A stretch of DNA of 64,000 nt from Azolla caroliniana. Its lineage: Eukaryota; Plantae; Polypodiophyta. The notes under the pieces are model-generated. The model made no database searches. It was given only the letters and a program-made list of their open reading frames with translations, and was not told where the DNA came from. Location: positions 22,382,001-22,446,000 of the forward strand of contig JBHGNT010000002.1 in NCBI GenBank assembly GCA_043228905.1. Direction: 5' to 3'. Each line of letters begins with the position of its first letter. Within the stretch, counting starts at the first letter, position 1. The translations under genes and the position numbers were made by a program. Of the stretch, positions 37,217 to 51,220 are shown piece after piece.

Positions 37217-40200
37217 CTTTTTTTAAAGTCAAGATTCATGTGGTATTAGTGAAAAAATGCCCAAAGGCAACAAAGAATCCATACAATAAATTACAACCCT
37301 CCTACCCACATGAATCAACATGTCTAGTAACAGAAACCGTCATGCATGGTCCTTTCAAGACAAGGGGAAAAAAAAGCCAACTTGGTGGAGCATATCTCCA
37401 TTTTATTCTGTCCCCAAAATAGGTGAAGACCTCTGCCTTTTCCCAAATTTCTCGAAATTGTTGTTGCTTGCGAAACACAACATCAGGCTGACCATGTATT
37501 GCCTCATATTGACTTCTTAGAGTATGCAAGAGCATCAACCATATCTCCTTGACTAACTCAACCACATTCGGTTTGACATTCTGAAATACACACTTACATC
37601 TTGCCTTCCATAATGTCCAAACTACTAAAGAAGATATTGTAGGCCAAACATTGTCTTCTTCGAAAACAATGGATTGATGTAGAATAAGAGGCCTCCAATA
37701 CATGTCTTCCATCAAAGAGGAGAAGAAAATCAACACAATCCCTTTCATAATTATGTATTTCTTTAGCCAGCCTTCCCCATCTCACAAAACCCCATGTGTA
37801 CACCCATAAATAGGATACAAAATTCTCAACATTCTTTTCCATACTGCTCTAGCTATAGGACATACCCATAAAACATGGTGCACCGTTTCACTGGGAAAAC
37901 CACAATTGTCAAATTTTAAATCATGGCAATGCCCCTTCATCCATGAATTCACAGGGGTGCCATAATGTACCAACAACAATCTAACCAAGACAACTTTTCT
38001 AGGAATTTCCATGGCCCATAGCCATTTCCAATAAGCATTCAACCAAGAGTGTCGTACATTACCCAAGCTCCAAAATTTATATGTTGCTGGCGTAACAACC
38101 ACACGCCTCCTTAGCAATTCTCTACCCATTTTTACTGAGTACTAAAAAGATAGGATTTGCTTGCCTAGCATTCATTGTGTTGATATGCTTTGCCATTTCC
38201 ATTCATTGGGATCCCACAGAAGTTTGTCAATGGGCTTATTCTTGTAAACCCACAATTCAGATAAATTGTTTATATCATTTGGGTGTGGATTCAACATTCA
38301 TTTTTTATCATTTTTCCACAATATACGAACATGCAACATACTCCCTTGAGGTACAACTTCGTCTTCCATACCGATAGAATGAAACCGTCTAGAATGCAAA
38401 ACATCGAAATAAAGATAATCACGAGAGTTTTTATAACCCCTGACCCCCAACAAGACATGTAAAGATGAAAATATACCATACCAAAATAGACCACTTTGAG
38501 AAGGCTGAAAGGAATACATCTTAAACACTCTATCTATTTCTGTATGCATAATGTTTCCACCCCAAATTGTGCGACAAACCCAAGTTTTATTTTCCATCGT
38601 TGAAGAAGAAAAATACAACCAATTCCTTACTGATCCAGCTTCTCCTCTATCAAAATCAGCCCATTTCAACCTAGTTCTTTTCCCTAACATTCCCCACTCC
38701 TTTGATAGAAACAATGGGTTCATTATGAGGATTTGGCACAACCATTCCTCCATACACGATGGTAGAGATTGGACCAAGTTATGTTTCAAATCCCACCATG
38801 CCTTCATGATACCCCTAAAAAACTTATCTTGGCCAAAAATTATTAAGGGAATGATTAAAATCTCTTAAAAACCACCATCTAATACTATCTTGCCAGTTGC
38901 CACATGTAGAAGGCATAACCTTAACCATTATGTGCATTAAGATTTTTTTCCCTGGCTCCCCACCTGGCAACAAGCCTCTTATATAAATTTCCCCAAAAAA
39001 GCCTTACATTGTAATAGAGGATCAATCAATCCAAGACCCCCCTTGTCCTTTGGAGCTGTAATGACTTTCTAAGATACTTTGGCTCTCACATATGAACCAT
39101 ATGTAGATCCCCAAAGTAAATTTCTAATAAGCCTTTGTACTTCTGATAAAGCCGAACGTGTACACAACCAAGCTGACAAAATGTACCACATGGAAGCCAA
39201 CAATACTTGATTGGCAACAACAACCCGACCTGCGAGTGACAATTTAACAACATTCCAATACAACAATTTCTTCCTTATATAGCAAGCAACGAAGGAGCTA
39301 TATGATCTTCCAGTGAAAGGTTAATTCCTACTTGACATCCCAAGTATCTTACAGGTTTATCATGCGGAATCCATTGAAACCCTTCCCGTGGACACCACAA
39401 GGGGTTTACTGTGGTACTTACCCAAAATCCCACCGACTTATTCCAATTAATAACAGTTCTAGAAGCATAGCAAAAACTATCAATAACCCGTTGTACTCTA
39501 CACAGATTATTGTGAGAACTTTGCAAATACAGGGTTGTATCAACAATTTGACAATCCACAATTTGCTCCTCTAACCAAGGCCATTGTAGTCCTTTTATAT
39601 TCTCGACATTACTTATAAGAAAACTACTAAAAGCTTCTCCTATCATCAAATATAAAAAAGGAGCTAATAGACATCCTTGTCTCACTGACCTAGAAATTGA
39701 AAATGCTTGGTCTAGCTCTCCAACTAATAATACCGTACTAGTAGCTGAGTTGTAAAGAGCGGAAACAACCGTTAGGCATTGATTAGGAAAACCTAGTTTC
39801 TCCATAGTGTCCCTTAAAAAAGACCAATCTACCCTATCATAAGCCTTTTCAAAATCCAACAACAAGATAGCTAAATCCTCTTTCCATTCTTGTGAAATTG
39901 CAACCGCTTCCCAAAATAAGAAAATGTTATCCAATATACACCTATCTTGTAAGAACCCTATTTGGGTGTTATGAATGATGTCTGTTAAAAAAGGTTGCAA
40001 TCTCATAGCCAACAACTTAGCTATAGTAATAGGTCGCCACTTCCTAATATCAACCACTACCCCTTCCAACTTTTGAATAAGATATATCATACCTTCTATC
40101 CATTTACTTGGGATAATTCCAATGTCAAACACCTCTTGGAATGCAACAATAATATCGTTCCCAATAAATTCCCAATAATTTTGGAAAAATCTACCGAAAA

Positions 40201-43042
40201 CCCATGAATACCAGGGCATACATGGGAGCCAATTGCATCTAGAACAGCTCTTACTTCAAAAATTGAAATTGGCTTAACTAAAATAGTTGCCATATGTAGT
40301 GAAACTCGTGCATGCATGGTCTGCCACAGACATTGGCGACTCTCCAATTGATTAGGTGTAAAACATTGAACGAACAATAGATTGCCATAAAACTGTGTAG
40401 CAATATCCCTCATTTGGATCCATCATCCCTCTGAAGTTGTTTCATCCCATTACAAGATTTTTTTTTTGGTTACAATTTTGAAAAAATCAGCTGAGATTTT
40501 ATCCCCCACTTGTGCCCACTTTGTAGCGAATGAATTATAAGAGCATTGAGCCAAAGCATCTTGTAGTTTAGAGAGCTTATCCATTGTATTATTCAATTCA
40601 CCCATGTCGCCCGCGGCATACGTTGCTGAAAATGTTGCAACAAAACAACCACTTGCTTAATAGTAACTCAATATCTTAGTTTTTAGTTGATATCGGTCCT
40701 CCTTTGCTTTACTACAAAGCCACTTACTAACATTTGCGATTGCATCTACAACTCTATTACACCCCATCAGTTGTGATACACCTATATCCTTCCAAATTGC
40801 TAAAACATCTCGTCTAAAGTCAACATCTACATACAAAGAGGAAGATATAGGTGTCCTAAAGGCATTCCATTTCCCCCCTTTTTTCAAAGTAACAATAAGA
40901 GGTGAGTGATTCAAGAAAGTTGTCCCAACGTTAGAAAGAAGTCATCATCATAGAATTTGTTTAATCGAGCTAGATTAGTACCCAACAACCGTTTATCTGA
41001 TCTACGAAATTGCAAGGATTCAACATGTTCGCTAAAGGAAGAAGAGTACCAAGTATCCTGGAAACCATACTCAAAGCACAACCTCTTCCAAAAGCTTAAC
41101 TCTAAACCATATAAAACAGCTTGGCCACCTCCACTTCTATCCAACTTATCCTCAATCATATTAAAATCTCAAACCATACACCAATGATCCACATGTGGCA
41201 AAGTATCACACAAATATGACCACAACCTCCTCCTATCTGATGATGCATTATGAGCATATACATTTATAAAACCTAATTGTAGATTTTGGATTTCGACAAT
41301 AATAACTTGCTGCACTCTTCCTTCCACTAAAATCCTATCAATCACATGAGAGAACCATTTTTGGGCTAATGCTATACACACACCAACTTTATTGTAGGAT
41401 TCACCAATAGCAAGACTCCAAAAATGGGCCCAAGAACCACTGAATAAGGATGATTCCATATGAATCTACCCTTGATGGACTTAAATCATGATGTTCTTGT
41501 AAAAAAACCATATCTACAAATCACATAAAGCTTTTATGCAAGTTTTGCCTAAGTCTAGCCTTAAATTTATGTGCTTGTGCACCACCCAACCCTTGAACAT
41601 TCCATGAGACAATACGAAAATTATCCATAGGCTAACAAAAGTTGTTTACCTTTCATCCTCTGAATCTCCTCCATCATTACTTGCATAGAATTAGTGATTT
41701 GCCCAACAATCTTGAATCCTTTCCAGGATTTCCTAGCCACAACTTCTGCGTATGTATCCTTCTTTATTGATGAAGAGAGTGTGCTCTTTCCCTCCACCAT
41801 CCCAACATGAATCCTTGTGCATTCTTACCATGGCTTGCTAAGGCTTTTGTTTTAGCCCGAGTTAACCTTCCAGAATATTGCAACCCATCCATATGACCAT
41901 CCTCAAGAGATATCACAATTTTACTCTCTTCATTCTTTCCTACCATAGCTAACTCCATGTGAGACTCACGTTGTAATAAGGAAGGCTCAAAAGCTATCAT
42001 ATGTTCATGATCATTCCCTCCTTTCAAGGGCTTGTCCGTCATAGATTTGACAATATCACAGTCAATTACAATATCGTAATCCTCCTCTCTATCAAGTTGT
42101 ATATCATTATCATTAAAACAATTATTTGTAAATTTGTCTTGTTAAGTTGTGAATCACCATGTGTTGCATGTGATCTTTTGCTAGATGTTACCCCTACACC
42201 ATTAGATGTCCTCACCGAGGATTTCCTATCATGCTTCCTTCTGCCTCCTATCCAGCCTTCATCATTAGTGTTGCTAGAAAAATGTTTTTGAAGAGTTTGT
42301 TCATCTTGAATAGGACAATCCTTGACCACATGTCCAATATGATTACAAACAAAAATTTGATTATGAAGTCCAAAATATTTAATCATTTGTACCCTCGATG
42401 GGGCTTGAAACATAGCAGACAACCTAACATATGAAGGCAATGTCATGCCCTTATGACCAATTAACTGTATATATGATAGGTTGAAATTTCTAGCCACACA
42501 ACGCACTACATCAAATTCTTCATCCAACAATTGAGCAATCGTGGAGGCGATATATGGCATCACTGGTTTCCACTCTTTTGGCAAGGCCAAAAACATAACT
42601 GAAAAGACAAAGTAATCAGATAATTGTTCACTAACCGCATTTAGGTCGAATCCAGGCTCCCATTGCAAGAAATGCAACAAAATGCCATTGATTCTTGTAG
42701 ATCTCAGCTGCAACAACTTCATCACCATATCAACAACCGGAAACTCAACATGATAGCAACCTCTACCTAGGAACTGAATATCTACAATCTGATGGAGCTT
42801 TTCTTGGAATCGTGCTTGCATCAAGTGACGCAACTCCCCACGACTAGGGTGGCCACCGATTACATGTACCACCACCGACAATTGACACATGCGGTCTATT
42901 TCTACTTCCACCTCCTGTTGCACCTCCACAAGCAAGGTTACGTTGACCACCAGATCTGCAACCAGATGAATAACGAAGGGGAGTTCCCGGAATCCCTTCT
43001 TGGCGTCGTCGCATAGTCGTCTCAGTTTTTTTATCACCTATC
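37217..43042 (-). mobile_element. Near full-length decayed L1-type LINE (ORF1 DUF4283-like plus zinc knuckle; ORF2 endonuclease-RT-zf-RVT)
   Basis: ORF1 43037-42066 (FLGRGCYHVEF, CNHIGHVVKDCP). ORF2 starts at 41628 with MDNFRIVSWNVQGLGG, then INVYAHN, NHSPL, WRPIT, LLDFEKAYDRVDW, VRQGCLLAP and CGFPSETVHHVLWVC. T-run at the left end. Candidate TSD gatattgac at 37208-37216 and 43043-43051. Many frameshifts. Confidence 0.92.
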
Positions 43043-43259
43043 GATATTGACTTTTCTTATTCCACTATAATTAGAGCTAAGTTGTTAAGGAATTCAAATT
43101 GATTCACTTCTCAAAACTGGCATACCAAGTCTACTAAGAAAAAAATGGTTATAATTAATGTTTTTTTAACATTTTACTCCTAAAGGTGAATCATCCTTCA
43201 ACATTATTGACGAATCATTGCTATATATATTTAGTTATAATCAATAGATAATTTAGTTT

Positions 43260-43870
43260 ATGGAAACATGTCACATAAATAAAATTTTCCCAAGCCAGAA
43301 AAACACTAGTGAGCCAATGCAAGTGGTACATTTTGATCTATGTGGTCCAATTTCCATCATGTCCATATTTGATGCAAATTACTTCATCAATGATCCCACT
43401 CATAGACAACACTTGAAGCATGAGGGACAATATTTACAATATTCAAAAAATTTGAAGCATAAGGGACAAACATTTTCAACATTGAGTGCATTTAAATGCC
43501 TTGCAAAAAACTAAACAAATATTACAATCAAAGCCATTTGTGGTGACAATGGAGGAGAGATTTCCTCACAATATTGGGAAAAGTTTTACATACAACATGG
43601 AATCCTTCATCAAATGTTAGTAGTACTCCACAACCCTCGGCAAAATGGGGTTGAGAGGAAGAACTAGACACTACTTAATGCAACCAAAAGCAATGCTAGC
43701 AACAAGCAAAATACAAAATTAATTTGGGGAAGATGGAGTGGCAATAACATGCTATCTACAAAACAGAACCCCTCATCGAGCATTGCAAGGAACTATACCA
43801 TTCACACTATTCTATGACCAATCTCTTGAACCGTCACATCTCAAAGTCTTTGGAGCAGTGTATACCTATA
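43260..43870 (+). mobile_element. Decayed copia integrase remnant
   Basis: EPMQVVHFDLCGP, GDNGGE, PRQNGV.ERKN.TLL and CYLQNRTPH, with stops and frameshifts. Confidence 0.85.
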
Positions 43871-45155
43871 CACACTTGAAAGAATATGTCAATGTTACAA
43901 AAATTTTGTAGCTCATCGCCCGAGAGTATGTGACGATTAGACACAATTTCATGACTCCTTGTGATTTCCATGTTAGTTGGAGGCATGTGATAGGTTGAGA
44001 CCCTTGCTCATAAGGTTTAAACTACACCGGAAATTTCCTTCTTCCACATACCATATGGACGTAGATTTGGTACCAATTCAAACATATGTTTAGAAGTAGT
44101 CCAAAGAGGAACAATTGTGTTAGAAACCATTACTTTACTACATTTTGGGGTCTAGAGGCAAGAGGTTTGGCTTGTACGTGTTTGAGTCCATGAAATTGTC
44201 TTTAGATTACCCTCATCCATGGATTCTCTTCTAGGATTGATCTAGATGTGTTCCAATGCCAACTAAAGTATAGCTCACACAATGGATTTTTGTTTACGAT
44301 GAAGGACTTGGAGTATAAGCTCCAAATTGTTTTGACTTGCATATAGGTTGGTTATTGACTTACATCTCTCTCTGGTATATTTATGTCAAGGAGAAGTTTT
44401 GTCTTGTCCTTTCTCCAACATAGCTAGCTTCTAGCTTCTCACAGAGAAGTTTCTTTTAGTTTAAACGATGAATTCATGGTTGGAGTATTACACACTTAAC
44501 CAAGTCCATTTCTTGTCCTAAATTTAGGTTTAGTCCTCAAGTTGCATATAGCTTGGCTATTGACTTATATCTCTTTTGAGCATCCCTACAATTCAGGAAG
44601 CTTGTTTAGTATCACGCCTATCAAGCTTATATTTATTTCCTACCAATATGAATTTGTTGGGATTAACAATGACATCCATAGTTCCTCCTAGGTAGGAAGG
44701 TAGGGACATCTTCCTCTTCTTGCAACACTCTCATGATGTAAAATTCACCTAATGTATGTAACTTGAACCGTGGCCTTTATAATGAGTGAAACAAAAACAT
44801 TTCTAGCAAATCCTAAAACACATGCAAGCACGCACACATACACGCATCATATGGTACAGTATACGATCATACTTATGTATAAAATTCATCATGCATGGGT
44901 TGGACACACATGCGATGAAAGTATCGAGAACAACGAGGGATCGGATGTGATATCAATTCTCTCCAGATAAGTCACTACAATTGTTTTCAAAGGGCACATG
45001 AAAATGAGGCTTTCTGGGACAAGAAAAGCTTTTCTTGGCATACTACAATGGCACCCTTGTTAGGGGGGTTATCTTGAGAAATATGCAAAACCTGAAGGCT
45101 TAGAGTAGTATGTAATTGGGGGAGGGGTATCTTGGGAAAATATGGAAAACCTCTG

Positions 45156-45188
<33 letters not shown>

Positions 45189-45286
45189 GTTCAGCAACAA
45201 AAAGAAGGCTGACAGAACAGAGTCGTGCAGATCTCTCTTCTTTCTTCGATCTTCGGTTGTTTTTCTCTTTCTTTTCTTTTGCTGTC

Positions 45287-48200
45287 ATGGAGGTGGAAGC
45301 CAGAGCTCCAGGTAAAGTAATCCTCACCGGGGAGCACGCTGTCGTCCATGGATATGCTGCGGTCGCTGCATCTCTTGCTCTGCACACTCGATGCCACATC
45401 AAGCGGAATCTCTTCAACTCCTCAGGTTTCTTTTCTTTCGCGATCTTCATTTCAGTTTTCTTCTTCGTTTGAAAATGCATCAGCATCATCATCGTTACCA
45501 TCGAGCTTTTCTTTTCCTTTACACCATCTCTAACATCATTTCCATCTCATTGAAATGTGTCATAATAATCGTCACGATTTTCGTACTTTTTTTCACGTAA
45601 TAATCATCTTCATAATCATCACATCCTTAAGATCATATTCATCTCATTGAAATGCTTTCACTCAAATCATCAAGCGTTTCTTTCTTTGTTCACGATCTTT
45701 TCATTGAGCATTTCATTTCTCCTGTTTTTTATGGATCTGGACATTGTTGTGTTTCAATGAAAGGCATCACATCATCAATCTCCCTTCACTTCATTTTCTT
45801 TTGTAAAATTCATCATCATAAAGCTGCATTTACTTTCTATGAAAGTAACAAATACTACTCTTAAGTTCACTGCCCAACTTATATATAGACTCACAGTAAA
45901 TTCTCAAGCAATTGTAAACAAGCTGAATTCAGAGTAATTCAGCACTTGTATTATTCAGTAACGATCATTAAATTTTGAAATTGAAGCTACATAAACTCTT
46001 AAATCTTAGATTTTCTTTTTGAAAAAAAAGTCCTGCAAACATTAGATATATGTTAATAAATAATTTCAAAAAGGTATATGAAGATTTACTACCTTTTGTT
46101 GAAAAAGAGATTTTCAAACATGGCTGTGAAATCACATCTTAACATACTTCGCCTGGTGTAGCCACATCTCAAAGTGGAAACATGAAACATGAAACATTCG
46201 TACTCCTGAAAACCATCTTAGTTAAAAGTACTTCTTTTTTACCTTAAATAGACAAATGCACCTTATCTAGATAAGGAATGTTTGAAAGACATGTAAGGTT
46301 AATGTACCTCATTCGCCTTTTAGATCATGAGGTAGGAAACCTCATGATCTAAAAACTTTTGGCAATTCTAGGGAAATCCACTTCTGCTCACTACAGGGTC
46401 CACACTCAGGGGTGACAGTACTTCCTTATACCGCACCTGGCTGGCTGTGGTGTACGTCATTGGAAAAATTTCATGATTAACATATAAAAAAGGCAAGGGA
46501 AGCCCTGTCACCACTCCTGGCTAGATATCTCAAGTGTGTCAAACAATAAAGGAAAGCATAAAGAAAAAGGGGGTCTCATGATGCATGTCGTCCCTCATTT
46601 ATGGATTTCAATGGCATTGACCACTAAGTATAAGGGACTCTTTTGTCACATCTAGATCAATAATTGTATTTCGATTGTAATGTTGAAACTATAGACAATG
46701 ATAACGTATAAGGGAAAAGGACATCTCACACTGCACCTAGATCAGTAAGTGTTCTAACTTGTTTATGCAGATCATGATGTCGAACAATCCAATTAAATAT
46801 AAGGAAAGGGAACCTACCACTCCTAGTTAGCTATGGCATGCAGCATGTGCTGCTTATGGAAGCTCATAATGTTGAACACTGCAAGGAAGTATAAGGGAAG
46901 AAAGCTTACAAGGAAATTTTCCAGTTTTTTCGTGCCTACTTCTGATTACAGCTTTTTCTCTGTAATAAGCCTGCTTTATAATTTTCAGTTAATAGCTTCT
47001 GTTTTGTCTTAGTCTAACGAGAAAACTTGATCCTATCCAAACTTCCAATTCTAACCAGTATTTTTTCCAAAGATGATGGGATTAGCTTGAACTTGCTGGA
47101 TTTGAACCTGAATTTACGCTGGTCACTGGAAGAAATTAAAGACCTGGCAGCAGTTATGCAGTCTCATGCATCAATTCCAAATGCAAATTCTGAAAATATC
47201 ATTTGCAAGCTAAAATGCCTTGTGGACGAGAAGCTCCTACCTGAAGCAAAGATTGGAACAGCATCTGGTGTCATGGCATTCTTATTTATGTACAGTTTCA
47301 TTATAGGGTGAGTCTTTGTTACAATGTTGGTTTAATTCCATTCATAGAAATGATTCCATATTCATGTACTTTCTCACTGGATGTATATGTTTAGTTTATT
47401 TCCTTCTGCAGTAACCATATCCTCCGATCTTCCGATCGGCGCAGGGCTTGGATCTTCTGCTTCTTTTTGTGTTTCATTAGCAGCTGCATTGCTCACGGCA
47501 AAACTTTATTCTAATGCTGAGGGAGATAGCATTGATGACATTACAGATAGTGCGCATAAGTCAGTAAACCTCGATGAGGACAACCTAGAGCTCATCAACA
47601 AGTGGGCATTTGAAGGAGAGAAGATCATACATGGTAGACCTTCAGGAATCGATAATAACGTCAGCACTTTTGGTTAGTCCATTTCCTATTTGTGTATTAC
47701 TAAACTCTCACTAAATTAAACCTGGATTACATATACACATGTATGCCTGGTCAGAGACTCTTGAGGAAGAGAGAGATTAATGATCCATAGCTTAGTACTA
47801 GATAGGGTGTGACTCTAATATGAAAAGAAAATGTCATATTATTAATCAGCATTAGATCTCTAAAGAGGCAATCTATTTTGTCAAGACGTTATTGAAGTGT
47901 TTTTAAGGAAAGTCACATGTTATTTGTGGACTATTGCTAAGGATTATATTTAGGGACTAGCTAATTCCTCCACTTAATGATTTGTTCAGGCTATATTGTC
48001 AAACTCAAGAATGGTAGCTTGACACGCCTTCAAAAGAGCATACCACTCAAAATATTACTTACAAACACAAAAGTTGGAAGAAACACAAAAGCTTTGGTTG
48101 CTGGAGTTGGAGAACGTGCTATTCGGCATCCAAAACCTATGAGTTCAGTATTCGAAGCTATTGATGCTGTAACTGAAGAAGCAATAGGAATCCTGCAATC

Positions 48201-48644
48201 AATTTCTGAATGGGAAACACGTAGATGTGATCAAGAAGGAAAGTTGGAGGAACTCGTGGAGATTAATCAAGGTTTACTCCAATCAATTGGAGTGAGTCAT
48301 CCATCAATTGATGCTATTTGCAAAACAACATTGAAATACCAGCTTCGATCCAAACTTACTGGTGCTGGTGGTGGTGGATGTGTTTTGACTATCATACCTG
48401 ATCGTATCCTCTGAGAAAAAAACATTGTTATTATCTTTTTTCCCTCACTTTGTGGTTTTCATGAATTTGAAAATGTATGTAGATTGTAGATATGGTCATT
48501 ATCATTCCTTAACAAATTCCCTTAGAGATAACTTCCAAAACCTTGAATAAGATCAAGGTTGATCTTGAAGCGCAAGGTTTTGATTGTTTTGAGGCTGCTA
48601 TTGGAGGACCAGGGGTGCAAGTGACTACTGGGTTCTCACCATAA
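45287..48644 (+). CDS. MVK: Mevalonate kinase (GHMP kinase); 5 exons
   Basis: Exons 45287-45425, 47073-47307, 47395-47672, 47990-48403, 48526-48644 join in frame. Motifs APGKVILTGEHAVVHG, LPIGAGLGSSA, EKIIHGRPSGIDN, KLTGAGGGGC and IGGPGV. Confidence 0.96.
48404..48525 (+). other. U12-type (minor spliceosome) GT-AG intron, last intron of mevalonate kinase
   Basis: 5' site GTATCCTC and branch point TTCCTTAAC at 48505-48513, 12 nt before the end of the intron. Removing it restores the reading frame. Confidence 0.85.
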
Positions 48645-49938
48645 CTTTTTATTTGTAAGTGTGAGTCCTTCAATATTGTTTTTAGGCATATTGATACATG
48701 CTACTCACTCATAGGAGCATCCTAACTTAAAAGAGAAATGTGAGTTTATTTATTTGGCTCTTTCATGTATCAATTGCTTGTTGTATGCCCCACTAGTATA
48801 TTTCATCATGGGACCAAAATTTGTAAAGCCAATCAATTGCTCTTTTCAATTGTTTCATGTTTCTTCTTTATATTTTAGTTTATTTTGTTTTTATCTAGTT
48901 ATTTTGCATTTATATAGTTTTCTCAACCTCAAAAATCTTATGAAGAACTTCCTCTGATTGTAAACCTATAATCGAGTTACTGACACCAGTCTAGTCTAAC
49001 CTTTTGGCAACACTTTCCAATGAACAGAGATGCAAATAGAAGACATATCCGAGGGAAACTTCACAACCTAGTAGTCAATGTGGTGATAATGTCATTTATC
49101 AATATGCCACTGATTACTTACTGGGATAATCATAGATTATTAATGTGTGCATTCCATGATCTCTGGAAGATTCCTTAGCACAATCAGGATGTAATGCTGA
49201 GAATTACAGGAGAGTAGAATCCGAAGCTGTGACAACAACACTAATGAGATATTCCAAGCACCGGCTTGCATTGAATCTTAACCAGTTATGCCATGGTTGA
49301 ACGTTTTTGTCCATTCACTATGTACACACAAAACAAATTTGCACCATACAAATTGGAAAGACTGCTACAGCTATCGATACCATTCTGAACTAGAAACCAA
49401 TCAATGCATATGGCACCTTTTAATTATCAGTTCCTGTTGACCACAACTTCTAGAGACATCTGCGTTTGAATATTGTGATTCTTATGAACACATAAAGGTA
49501 TGAACTCTCTTTGGAGGAATTTCCTAATATTCAGAAAAGGTACTATAATTTATTCAAATTCCTGTTGAATGTTTAATGTTGTCATCTACAATTGTTATGA
49601 AAGGGACGTCTGTTGTTTTATGCACAGAAGGTGCCATAATTTGCTCAAATTCCCACCTACTGTTTAAAGTTGCAATGGACAAATATTTTAAAGGGAACTG
49701 AATGTGAATGGCATTCCCACCATCATTATTTGCCTGTGTGAACTGATGTTTTTGAACAAAGAACTATTCATTTCCACGCACATGGTTTCTGTTCCCATAG
49801 AACTCTCAAGTAAACTTGCTTTTACATAACTCGAAAGAATTTAAAGTGTCGTTTGGAACCAAACATGATGAATCATGTTAACCATGACTAACGATTAAAA
49901 CCAAGGTAAATAAATTACTTTAAACTTGAAACCAAGTT

Positions 49939-50043
49939 TTTATTTTTTTATTTTTTTATTTTTTTATTTTTTTATTTTTTATTTTTTTATTTACTTAGTT
50001 ATTTCTTTATTTCTTTATTTCTTTATTTCTTTATTTCTTTATT
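49939..50043. repeat. Compound simple repeat (TTTTTTTA)n(TTTCTTTA)n
   Basis: Directly visible 8-nt periodic tracts. Confidence 0.9.
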
Positions 50044-50525
50044 TTGGAATAATATCAGATTATTCTATGTTAGTGAAGATATATTGGAGCAAAAATAGTG
50101 CATAGTCATTGATATCCTAATGCAACATAGCTAATGCTGGTATTAACTTTGGCGTATTTGTGCCCTTTATTCCCACAACATCATTACACAGTCATTTGGT
50201 GTTAATGCATTAGTTAGTATCCATCTAATCATTAGTTGAATTTTGTCCCAATGTATTAGTATCCACTAGATTGTCATCAGCTAATACTCACCTATCATCA
50301 TTTGTGCTTTCACCTAGTGTATTAGCATCCATTGTATTGATACCCACTTGATTCTCCTTGATATATGGTAGTAGCATTTTGATTCACACCATTGTTTATT
50401 GAGGGCGGGCATGGAAAGATTCCATAATTGTGATGGCATGGTTATGGAAGGCATGATGAATTGGATCTAGACAAATGTGTTTGATGCTCAATAGTTTTTG
50501 ATAGATATAAATCTTGTTTCTCAAG

Positions 50526-51220
50526 TAGCAATGGGCCCAGTTTTGGCTCAAACTGAACCGAACCGAAAAACCGTGGCTTAACGGTTTATAGGTTCAAAAA
50601 TAACTAAACAGTTTGGTTTGGTTTCAAATTTTATTAATCGGTTTCGGTTCAGTTCGGTTTTGAAATGACCGGTTTAGCGGCTTATCGGTTTCTGTTTATG
50701 TGGTTCGTTTTAAAGGTTTAAAGGTTTATAGGTTTATAGGTTTATAGGTTAAAAAATACTCATAAATATTTTTTATAAGCTATAACTTTCAACTTTTAAT
50801 TTTAAACTCTTGTTTTAACTTATTAAATTTTATATGTATTATATATAGAGTCTCTTTTTCATTTATGATTAGTATGATGACCAAAATTATGATAAGTATG
50901 ATGACAAATTTTATAATAAGTATGATGACAAAATTTATGATGAGTATAATGAATAAATTTATAATGATTTTCTCACACAAATTTATAATAAGTATAATGA
51001 TTAATATCAATAAAAAATGGTTTGGTTTGGTTTGGTTTTAAATTTTTCATAAACGGTTTGGTGTCTCCTATGCTAAAAACGGTTTGGTTTAACGATTCGG
51101 CACTAAACGGTTCGGTTTAAATGGCTTCATAAATTTTAAAACAGTTTGGTTTGGTTTTTTTTATTAATAAATGGTTTGGTTTGGTTTCAAGGCCAAGAAA
51201 CCGAACCGGGCCCATTGCTA
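50526..51220. mobile_element. Non-autonomous hAT DNA transposon (MITE-like), 695 bp
   Basis: Perfect 13-bp TIR TAGCAATGGGCCC / GGGCCCATTGCTA and perfect 8-bp TSD TTCTCAAG (50518-50525 and 51221-51228). Subterminal AACCG/CGGTT clusters and an internal ~24-bp AT-rich tandem repeat. Confidence 0.95.

Noticed and set aside
45116-45286. In-frame N-terminal extension of mevalonate kinase
   Set aside because: It starts at TTG and runs through a CT-rich leader. Homology begins at the ATG at 45287.
50789-51010. Ile-rich 73-aa ORF and its ~24-bp repeats as a possible CRISPR-like array
   Set aside because: The repeats are contiguous with no unique spacers and lie inside the hAT element. The context is eukaryotic, with no cas genes.
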